Source: Thermoanaerobaculia bacterium
Lineage (GTDB): Bacteria; Acidobacteriota; Thermoanaerobaculia; Multivoradales; JAGPDF01
DNA: 33,613 nucleotides
NCBI GenBank assembly: GCA_043737505.1
Contig: JAYTAM010000255.1
Location: forward strand, 1-33,613
Direction of reading: 5' to 3'
Below are positions 27,379 to 33,613 of this stretch, in pieces. The translations under genes and the position numbers were made by a program. The first letter of the stretch is position 1. Every line of letters starts with the position of its first letter. A model generated the notes under the pieces. The model worked only from the letters and a program-made list of their open reading frames with translations. It was not told the DNA's origin and ran no database searches.

Positions 27379-28125
27379 ATGAACTTGTTCGTCGGTCGGA
27401 ACAGTAAGAAGATGGCCGCGGTGGAGACGGTTCCAGCGATCATCGACATGCGCGATCTGCGCAAGGTCTACGACACCGGCGCGGTGAAAGTCGAAGCGCT
27501 CAAAGGGATCGACCTCAAGGTAGAGGCCGGCGAGTTTGTCGCCATCGTCGGCCCGTCGGGTTCCGGCAAGTCGACGCTGCTCAACATCGTCGGCTGCCTC
27601 GACACGCCGTCCGCGGGCTCCTACCGCCTGGACGGGGAGGAGGTCGCCGAGCTCGACGTCGACGAGCTCGCGGACATCCGCAACCGCAAGGTCGGCTTCG
27701 TCTTCCAGAGTTTCAACCTGCTGCCGCAGATCACCGCCTACGAGAACGTCGAGCTGCCGCTGCTCTTCCACGGCGACGGGGCGCGGGAGCGCAAGGCCCG
27801 CGTCGAGCTCCTCTTCGAACAGGTCGGTCTCGCCGACCGCATGCACCACCGGCCGACAGAGCTCTCGGGAGGCCAGATGCAGCGCGTGGCGATCGCCCGT
27901 GCTCTGGCCTGCGAGCCCGCGCTGATCCTCGCCGACGAGCCCACCGGCAACCTCGACACCTCGTCGGGCAAGGACATCATGTCGCTCTTCGAGGATCTCG
28001 CCGCGAAGGGTCACACCCTCGTGCTGATCACCCACGACAACGCGCTCGCCAGACGGACGCGCCGGATCGTCCGGATTCAGGACGGCCGGATCGTCGAGGA
28101 TCGCCCGACCGAAGCCGCCGCCTAG
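27379..28125 (+). CDS. ABC transporter ATP-binding protein (MacB/LolD-type NBD)
   Basis: Walker A is GPSGSGKST, the signature is [15 protein letters not shown] and Walker B is [16 protein letters not shown] lies about 9 nt upstream of ATG 27379. ATG 27412 is an alternative start. Confidence 0.9.
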   Translation: MNLFVGRNSKKMAAVETVPAIIDMRDLRKVYDTGAVKVEALKGIDLKVEAGEFVAIVGPSGSGKSTLLNIVGCLDTPSAGSYRLDGEEVAELDVDELADIRNRKVGFVFQSFNLLPQITAYENVELPLLFHGDGARERKARVELLFEQVGLADRMHHRPTELSGGQMQRVAIARALACEPALILADEPTGNLDTSSGKDIMSLFEDLAAKGHTLVLITHDNALARRTRRIVRIQDGRIVEDRPTEAAA

Positions 28126-28131
28126 CGCCCG

Positions 28132-29223
28132 CTAGCGGACGCGGCTGCGGCGATTGCGGATGTAGTCGGCGAGGAGGAACTCGCCGAGGTTGTCGGGGGA
28201 GGCGAAGTAGGCCCGGCCGCGGTTCACTTTGGTCAGCTGGTCGACGAACTGCTGCAGGAAGGTGTCAGTCGCGATCATGAAGGTCGTGATGACGATCTTC
28301 TGCCGCCGGCAGAGGTCGGCCTCCTCGAGCGTCAGGTTGACGATCCGCAGGTCGAGACCGAAGGGATTCTTGTAGACCTCGCCGCCGTTCTCGGTGATCG
28401 CAGAAGGTTTGCCGTCGGTGATCAGGACGATCTGCTTGTTGGGCTGCTTCTGGCGCGCCAGGAGGCCGCGTGCCAGGGAGAGCGCTTCGCGGGTGTTGGT
28501 GTGGAACGGACCGGCCTCGAGGTAGGGGAGATCGCGGATCGCGATGCGCTCGGCGCGGTCGCCGAAAGTGATGACCGACAGGTGATCTTTCGGATACTTC
28601 GTGGTGATGAGCTCGGTCAGCGCCAGAGCCACCGTTTTCGCCGGCGTGATCCGGTCTTCCCCGTAGAGGATCATCGAGTGGCTGATGTCGATCGCTACCA
28701 CCGTGGCGCAGGCGGTCTGATGCTCGGTCTCAAAAACCTCGAGATCCTCCTCCGCCAGCTCGAGCTCGCCCTGCGACCGCTTGAGTGCGTTGCCGAGCGA
28801 ACGCACCGAGTCGATCCGCGCCAGATCATCGCCGAACTCGTACGGCTTCGACTCCGGCAAAGTCTCGACGCCGTCGCCGCTGGCGCGGATGCCGTGGTAG
28901 CCGGGAGCGCCCTTGGCCAGACCGGAGAAGATCTGTTCGAAAGCACTCTTGCGAATCTGCCGTTCGCCCGCGCCGGAGAGCACCAGGCCACCGTCGCCGT
29001 CGCGTTCGAGCATGCGCTGCTTCTCGAGCTCCGCGAAAAAAGCCTCGAGGTCGATCGATTCATCGATGTAGCCGCGCTCCTGCAGGAAGCGCATCCACTC
29101 CATCGCCTCTTCGGCGTCGCCCGCGGAGGCGAGCAGGAGCTGGTTGAACAGGCGCGTGAGGTCGATTCCCGCCAGCATCTGGCGCAGCAGGTCGGGATCG
29201 AGATGAAAGTAGCGATGGCGCAT
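28132..29223 (-). CDS. von Willebrand factor A (vWA) domain protein with ~170-aa N-terminal domain
   Basis: The MIDAS motif is DxSxS (VVAIDISHSM). Downstream MIDAS residues are in VLITDGKPSA. It lies 20 nt downstream of the AAA+ gene on the same strand. Confidence 0.8.
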   Translation of the reverse strand: MRHRYFHLDPDLLRQMLAGIDLTRLFNQLLLASAGDAEEAMEWMRFLQERGYIDESIDLEAFFAELEKQRMLERDGDGGLVLSGAGERQIRKSAFEQIFSGLAKGAPGYHGIRASGDGVETLPESKPYEFGDDLARIDSVRSLGNALKRSQGELELAEEDLEVFETEHQTACATVVAIDISHSMILYGEDRITPAKTVALALTELITTKYPKDHLSVITFGDRAERIAIRDLPYLEAGPFHTNTREALSLARGLLARQKQPNKQIVLITDGKPSAITENGGEVYKNPFGLDLRIVNLTLEEADLCRRQKIVITTFMIATDTFLQQFVDQLTKVNRGRAYFASPDNLGEFLLADYIRNRRSRVR

Positions 29224-29243
29224 GGTCTCTCGGGCGAGAGCGG

Positions 29244-30743
29244 CTAGTTGATCTCGCCCGTGCCGCGCCTGGAGCCGCGCCGGGCCGGCTTGACCAACTG
29301 GAACTTGAGCAGCTCCTTGTAGCTCACCGTGCTGTCGAGGTCGTGACGGGCGAGCTTGATGCCCTGGTGCAGGCCGTCGAGCACCAGTTCGGACCAGAAC
29401 GCCAGTTGCTCACGCGTCCCGCCCTGTGCCGCGACGAGCGCCTGCAGCCCCGGCACGCGGGCGAGCTCCGCCTCGTACTCGGCGAAGGGCATTTCGTCCG
29501 AGACCGTCACCGCATTGCCGGCGGAGAACCAGGCGAGGATCGGGGTGTATGGACCCGGTTCTTCGGCAGCCGCTGCGCCGGTTTCGCGCTCGAGCTCGGG
29601 GAAGCGCCCTTCGAAGAGCTTCTTCACCGCCGTGCCGATGAGCCTGCGCGCCACCACTTCGGGGCCCTGCTGCTCGCCCTCGTAAACCATCTCCAGTTTG
29701 CCGGTGAGCGCTGGAAGCAGCGGCGGAAGGTCGCAGAGTCTCGGGTAGACCGGCTGGTCGCCGGTGGCAAGCGATCGCCGCTCGAGGTTCGACGCCAGCA
29801 GCTCGATCGCCGAGATCGCGACGCGGGCCGAGACGCCGGAGGTCTGGTCGACGAGCTCGCTCTCGCGCGCGGCGATCGAAATCTCCTCGATCAGCAGGCG
29901 CGCCTCCTCGGTGACCACGATCGGCTCCTCGTCGCGATCGGTCCACGCCTCCTGGGCGGTGATCCGGGCGGCGAGGGCGGCGGTGGGCGGATAGTGGGTG
30001 AGAATCTGCGAGGCGATCCGGTCGCGCAGCGGAGTGATGATCGAGCCGCGGTTGGTGTAGTCCTCGGGATTGGCGGAGAAGGCGAACAGCATGTCCAGCG
30101 CCAGGCGCACGGGGAAACCGCGGATCTGCAGGTCGCGCTCCTCGAGCAGGTTGAGCAGGCCGACCTGGATGCGAGGAGCGAGGTCGGGCAGCTCGTTGAT
30201 CGCGAAGATGCCGCGATTGGTGCGCGGGATGATGCCGAAATGGATGACTTCGGGATCGGCGTAAGTCAGCCGCCGGGTGGCCGCTTTGATCGGATCGATA
30301 TCGCCGAGAAGATCGGCGATGGAAACGTCGGGAGTGGCGGTCTTCTCGCTGTAGCGGGCCTCGGCGCCGAGCCACTCGACGGGAGCGTCGTCGCCGGCCT
30401 CGGCGATCCGGCGGGCGCCCCAGGTGGAGATGGGCGCCAGCGGATCGTCGTTCACTTCGCTGCCGGCGAGCACCGGAATCTCGCCGTCGAGCAGCGACGT
30501 GAGCTGTCGCAGCAGCCGCGACTTCGCCTGGCCGCGCAGGCCGAGCAGGATGAAGTCGTGGCCGGCCAGCAGGGCATTGGCGATCGCCGGAATGACGGTG
30601 CGCTCGTAGCCCACGATGCCGGGAAAGAGCTCCTGTTTCGCCGCCAGCTTCCGCCGCAGGTTGGCGCGGATCTCCGCGCGCACGGTGCGCGAACGGTAGC
30701 CGGTGCGTCGGAGCTCACCGAGGGTCCTGGGAGTCTGGGTCAT
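29244..30743 (-). CDS. ChlI/BchI-like (Mg-chelatase-type) AAA+ protein of unknown function
   Basis: ATG 30743 overlaps the trxB TGA (ATGA). The layout is ChlI-like: FPGIVGYERTV, P-loop GLRGQAKS, Walker B IFAINE, and a sensor/Arg region SANPEDYTNRGSIITPLRDRI (compare MNPEEG.LRPQLLDRF). A C-terminal extension of about 170 aa follows. The upstream part of track ORF 29244..31088 overlaps trxB and is rejected. Confidence 0.8.
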   Translation of the reverse strand: MTQTPRTLGELRRTGYRSRTVRAEIRANLRRKLAAKQELFPGIVGYERTVIPAIANALLAGHDFILLGLRGQAKSRLLRQLTSLLDGEIPVLAGSEVNDDPLAPISTWGARRIAEAGDDAPVEWLGAEARYSEKTATPDVSIADLLGDIDPIKAATRRLTYADPEVIHFGIIPRTNRGIFAINELPDLAPRIQVGLLNLLEERDLQIRGFPVRLALDMLFAFSANPEDYTNRGSIITPLRDRIASQILTHYPPTAALAARITAQEAWTDRDEEPIVVTEEARLLIEEISIAARESELVDQTSGVSARVAISAIELLASNLERRSLATGDQPVYPRLCDLPPLLPALTGKLEMVYEGEQQGPEVVARRLIGTAVKKLFEGRFPELERETGAAAAEEPGPYTPILAWFSAGNAVTVSDEMPFAEYEAELARVPGLQALVAAQGGTREQLAFWSELVLDGLHQGIKLARHDLDSTVSYKELLKFQLVKPARRGSRRGTGEIN

Positions 30744-31696
30744 CCGTGCTGTGCCTCCAGCCAGCGTTCGGCGTCGATGGCGGCCTTGCAGCCGCTGCCG
30801 GCCGCGGTCACCGCCTGGCGGTAGATCGGATCGGTGACGTCGCCGCAGGCGAAGACACCAGGGACTGCCGTGCGTGTCGTTGGCTCCTCGACAAGGAGGT
30901 AGTCTGCCGCGTTCGTCGCCAGTTGACCGGCGAGGAACTGGGTGTTCGGCTGGTGACCGATGGCGACGAACAGACCCTGGGTCGCGAAGACCGACTCGTC
31001 GCCGGTCAGGCGATGGCGCAGCTTCAGCCCGCTCACTCCGGCGTCGCGGCTGCCGAGGATCTCGGTCACCTCGGTGTCCCAGATCCACTCGATCTTCGGG
31101 TTCGCCGTCGCCCGATCCTGCATGATTTTCGAGGCCCGGAGCTCACGCCGGCGATGGACCACGGTGACCCTGGAGGCGAAGCGGGTGAGATAGATCGCCT
31201 CCTCGAGCGCCGTGTCGCCACCGCCGATGACTGCGACCTCTTTGCCCTTGAAGAAGAAGCCGTCGCAGGTCGCGCAAGCCGAGACGCCGTAGCCCATGAG
31301 CTCGCTCTCCGACGGCAGGCCGAGGAGCTTGGCGGAGGCGCCGGTCGAGAGAATGACGGCATCGGCGGAGTAGCTCTTGTCGTCGGTCTGAAAGCGAAAG
31401 GGGCGCTGGGAGAGGTCGATCTGCGAGACCATCTCGAACTTGACCTGCGCACCGAACCGCCGCGCCTGTTCGCGCATCTGGTCGATGAGCTCCGGTCCCT
31501 GGATACCGTGGAGGAAGCCGGGGTAGTTCTCGACCTCGGTGGTGATGGTGAGCTGGCCGCCGGGCTGGTTGCCTTCGAAGACGGCCGGAGCAAGGCCGGC
31601 GCGAGCGGCGTAGAGCGCCGCGGTGAGCCCCGCCGGGCCCGAACCGAGGATGGCGACGCGAAAATGACTTTCTGGAGACGGCGCTGCGTTGGCCAT
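30740..31696 (-). CDS. trxB: Thioredoxin-disulfide reductase
   Basis: The FAD motif is ILGSGPAG, the redox-active site is CATCDG and the NADPH motif is VIGGGDTALEEA. At 318 aa it matches a low-Mr TrxR. Confidence 0.92.
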   Translation of the reverse strand: MANAAPSPESHFRVAILGSGPAGLTAALYAARAGLAPAVFEGNQPGGQLTITTEVENYPGFLHGIQGPELIDQMREQARRFGAQVKFEMVSQIDLSQRPFRFQTDDKSYSADAVILSTGASAKLLGLPSESELMGYGVSACATCDGFFFKGKEVAVIGGGDTALEEAIYLTRFASRVTVVHRRRELRASKIMQDRATANPKIEWIWDTEVTEILGSRDAGVSGLKLRHRLTGDESVFATQGLFVAIGHQPNTQFLAGQLATNAADYLLVEEPTTRTAVPGVFACGDVTDPIYRQAVTAAGSGCKAAIDAERWLEAQHG

Positions 31697-31785
31697 GCGA
31701 CCGAAGAGCTCCTTTCAGAGGGAGATACGCGGTGAGTTACCTTCTGGACGCCGGTCCCGGCGGTGCCGCCGATCTCGGGGCTGCG

Positions 31786-31794
31786 ACTATAACA
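31786..31794 (-). promoter_or_regulatory. Candidate extended -10 promoter element TGTTATAGT upstream of trxB
   Basis: The minus strand reads ccggtTGTTATAGTcgc, which fits TGnTATAAT at 8 of 9 positions. It lies about 90 nt upstream of ATG 31696, in the only long (151 nt) non-coding gap of the window. Confidence 0.3.
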
Positions 31795-31847
31795 ACCGGC
31801 GACAGCGGTTCATTTCCCGGACAGTTCCCTCCGGCGCGGGACGCAGA

Positions 31848-32807
31848 TCAGGAGGTCGCGCCCGGGCGCAGGAGCTTGTCGGCGAGGTCGACGACGTTGC
31901 CGGCGCCGCCGACGGTCAGGTTGTCGATCGTCGCCCAGATCCAGAAGGCGTTCTTGCCGGCCGCCTGGACGTCGCCGACCAGGAGCTCCTCCTCGCCGGC
32001 AGCCTGTACCGGTCCGAGCGCCGCCGGGCGCTTGGCGAGCGTCCCCGCAGCGGAGCGTCCCAGGAGCTTGCGGACCGCCGTTGGATCGCTGGCGCGCTCG
32101 AGCTCGACGAAGAGACTCAACGTGACGGCATGGAAGATCCCCGCCTGGGCGGTCTGGACCGCAACGACGCCGGAGAGCCCGAGAGCCGCCTCGGCCTGGC
32201 GGGCGATCTCTTCGCCGGAGAAGGCGGCGGGCAGGATGTTGAAGGCGATCTGGCTGACAAAAACCACCGGTTTCGCCGGCTTGGCCAGCGCCAGCAGGGC
32301 GCGGCTCTCTTCGAACAGGGTGTCGATGCCCGGCGCGCCGAGCTCCGAGGCCGGCAGGACGGCGGTCGCGACGGCGCGGCGAAGACCCAGGGCCCGCAGC
32401 GGCGCGAGCAGCCGGATCAAGCCGACGGCGGCCGGTGAGGGGGCGAGCAGACGGTCCTGGCCGAGCCAGGAGAACTCTTCGACGACGCCGACGGCGGGAA
32501 AGCCGTCTGCGGTGGTCGCGCCGTGGGAGGCGACGATGGCGCGCCCGCCCGGAGGCAGGAGCGCGATCGCCTGTCGGTCGAGCTCGATCTCGCCGCACAG
32601 GATGGTGAGGTCCATGCCGTCGAAGCAGTCCTCTTCGACCCGGCCGACGAAGTCGGCGCCATCCAGTCCTTCGGTGAGGGTTCCGACCATCCCCTCGTCG
32701 AGCGCCAGGAGCCGCAGGTCCGAGCACAGGTCGGGGCGCCGCGACAGCCGCTCCGCGACCTCCTTGCCCAGCAGGGAGACGGAGTGCACGACCGCGATTC
32801 GGCTCAC
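31848..32807 (-). CDS. USG-1 / aspartate-semialdehyde dehydrogenase-like protein lacking the catalytic Cys (probable pseudo-enzyme)
   Basis: GTG 32807 overlaps the pssA TGA (GTGA). The sequence is collinear with Asd/USG-1. IAVVHSVSLLGKEV aligns to VAVVGATGAVG. LLAPSPAAVGLIRLLAPL aligns to IIANPNCSTIQMVAALEPI. QIAFNILP, GIFHAVTLSLFVEL and FWIWATIDNLTVGGAGNVVDLADKL align to conserved Asd blocks. The N-terminal extension of track ORF 31848..33095 overlaps pssA and is rejected. Confidence 0.65.
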   Translation of the reverse strand: MSRIAVVHSVSLLGKEVAERLSRRPDLCSDLRLLALDEGMVGTLTEGLDGADFVGRVEEDCFDGMDLTILCGEIELDRQAIALLPPGGRAIVASHGATTADGFPAVGVVEEFSWLGQDRLLAPSPAAVGLIRLLAPLRALGLRRAVATAVLPASELGAPGIDTLFEESRALLALAKPAKPVVFVSQIAFNILPAAFSGEEIARQAEAALGLSGVVAVQTAQAGIFHAVTLSLFVELERASDPTAVRKLLGRSAAGTLAKRPAALGPVQAAGEEELLVGDVQAAGKNAFWIWATIDNLTVGGAGNVVDLADKLLRPGATS

Positions 32808-33580
32808 GCCGGGCTCGCCGGGGCTGCCGGTGGCGGCGGCGCGCTCGAGCGTCCGACTCCCGCCCGATTCAGCAGCCAGAGCACCGGGCCGGAGAGGGCA
32901 TAGGCGCTCGCCATGACCGGCAGGAAGGCCTCCGGATAGAAGGCGAGGAGGAGAATCATCGCCGCGAGCGGCAGGGCCACGCGGTAGCTGTGCGGGCGCC
33001 GGAAGTCGAGCGACTTGAAGCTCGAGTAGCGGAAGGTCGACACCATGAGAGTACCGAGCACGAGCAGGGCGGCCATCATGCCGACGAGGAGCCACCGGCG
33101 GCCGTCGACGAGAGGCGCTGCGAGGAGAATACAGGCGATGCCGCCGGCAGCGGCCGGACAGGGAAGCCCGACGAAGAAGCGCTTGTCGGCGCGCACCGTC
33201 TGGACGTTGAAACGCGCCAGCCGCGTGGCGGTGCAGACCACGAAGTAGAGCGGCACCAACCAGCCCAGGCGGCCGAAGGCCGAAAGCCCCCAGAGATAGG
33301 CGACGAGGCCGGGTGTCGCTCCGAAGGTCATCACGTCGGCGAGCGAGTCGAACTCGCGGCCGAAGTCGCTCTCGGTTCCGGTCATCCGGGCGATCCGGCC
33401 GTCGAGGTTGTCGATGACGGCGGCGATCAGGATGCAGGCGGCCGCCCAGAAGAAGCGGCCCCGAAGCGCGAGGATGACCGCGAAGAAGCCGAAGAAGATA
33501 TTGCCGATGGTGAACGCGCTGGGGAGCAGGAATACAGCGCGTCGCCGGTGCTGGCGCATTCTGGACTCGGGCTTCGTCAT
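32804..33580 (-). CDS. pssA: CDP-diacylglycerol--serine O-phosphatidyltransferase (CDP-alcohol phosphatidyltransferase family)
   Basis: The full family motif D-x2-DG-x2-AR-x8-G-x3-D-x3-D is present in DNLDGRIARMTGTESDFGREFDSLAD. The protein is multi-pass. ATG 33580 is overlapped by a TGA closing a frame that is open to the window edge. Confidence 0.88.
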   Translation of the reverse strand: MTKPESRMRQHRRRAVFLLPSAFTIGNIFFGFFAVILALRGRFFWAAACILIAAVIDNLDGRIARMTGTESDFGREFDSLADVMTFGATPGLVAYLWGLSAFGRLGWLVPLYFVVCTATRLARFNVQTVRADKRFFVGLPCPAAAGGIACILLAAPLVDGRRWLLVGMMAALLVLGTLMVSTFRYSSFKSLDFRRPHSYRVALPLAAMILLLAFYPEAFLPVMASAYALSGPVLWLLNRAGVGRSSAPPPPAAPASPA

Positions 33581-33613
33581 TGTGCCGCCGCCGTTTCGCC
33601 GGGCGCTGCCGTG
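33577..33613 (-). CDS. 3' end of an upstream gene (partial, identity unknown)
   Basis: The minus-strand frame ...TAAPGETAAAQ* is open to the window edge. Its TGA (33579-33577) overlaps the pssA ATG (ATGA). It is too short to identify. Phosphatidylserine decarboxylase would be a natural neighbour, but that is a guess. Confidence 0.3.
   Translation of the reverse strand, partial: TAAPGETAAAQ

Noticed and set aside
24873-28125. Interpretation of two FtsX permeases plus an ATPase as LolCDE lipoprotein-release machinery.
   Set aside because: The set is immediately preceded by a HlyD/MacA-type periplasmic adaptor, and the gene order is adaptor-permease-permease-ATPase. That fits a MacAB-like efflux system better. 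This cannot be fully excluded without phylogeny.
28120-28137. Near-palindrome CTAGCGCCCGCTAG spanning the two convergent stop codons (ABC ATPase / vWA).
   Set aside because: The palindrome is imperfect and only 14 nt long. It is explained by two facing TAG stops in GC-rich sequence and is too short to act as a terminator.
31697-31847. A small ORF (MNRCRRLL*, minus strand) or a riboswitch in the 151-nt gap.
   Set aside because: The ORF has 8 codons and no RBS. I recognise no conserved riboswitch core. The gap is kept only as a low-interest leader/promoter observation.
31848-32807. Annotating this gene as a functional aspartate-semialdehyde dehydrogenase (asd).
   Set aside because: The catalytic Cys block and the dinucleotide-binding glycine motif are both absent. 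It resembles the USG-1 group of Asd homologues of unknown function.

Overview
Very GC-rich, gene-dense bacterial chromosomal segment; third codon positions are almost uniformly G/C. The organism is diderm: there is a beta-barrel OMP, a lipobox lipoprotein and a MacA-type adaptor. I call 27 protein-coding genes plus one 3' gene fragment. They tile nearly the whole window in eight alternating-strand blocks, with intergenic gaps mostly under 70 nt and a largest gap of 151 nt.

I see no rRNA, tRNA, CRISPR array, transposase, integrase or prophage signature.

Gene content, in order:
- a membrane-anchored hypothetical protein, a rhomboid protease and an MsbA-like ABC exporter
- a secreted Pro/Ala-rich protein
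- an SDR plus a cytoplasmic molybdopterin oxidoreductase
- full-length Lhr helicase
- a small OMP, OsmC and a membrane-anchored hypothetical protein
- GH38 alpha-mannosidase plus DUF456
- rhodanese, a SufE-like protein, a TPR protein, MurJ and a transglutaminase-fold/TPR lipoprotein
- TrmL
- a MacAB-like efflux set (adaptor, two FtsX permeases, ATPase)
- trxB, a ChlI-like AAA+ protein and a vWA protein
- pssA plus a USG-1/Asd-like protein lacking the catalytic Cys

Many junctions are 4-nt NTGA stop/start overlaps, which I read as translational coupling.

This looks like core or housekeeping genome, not an accessory or defence island, and I cannot point to an unmistakably new system. The least-explained items are:
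1. the trxB / ChlI-like AAA+ / vWA operon;
2. a rhomboid whose conserved zinc ribbon and first TM helix lie upstream of any canonical start codon, with a CTGA junction;
3. a doubly degenerate Asd/USG-1-like pseudo-dehydrogenase coupled to pssA;
4. an 80-nt AT-rich rare-codon patch with an inverted repeat inside murJ;
5. several independent 9-10 bp tandem arrays.

All functional calls rest on motifs I recognise by eye. No database search was run.
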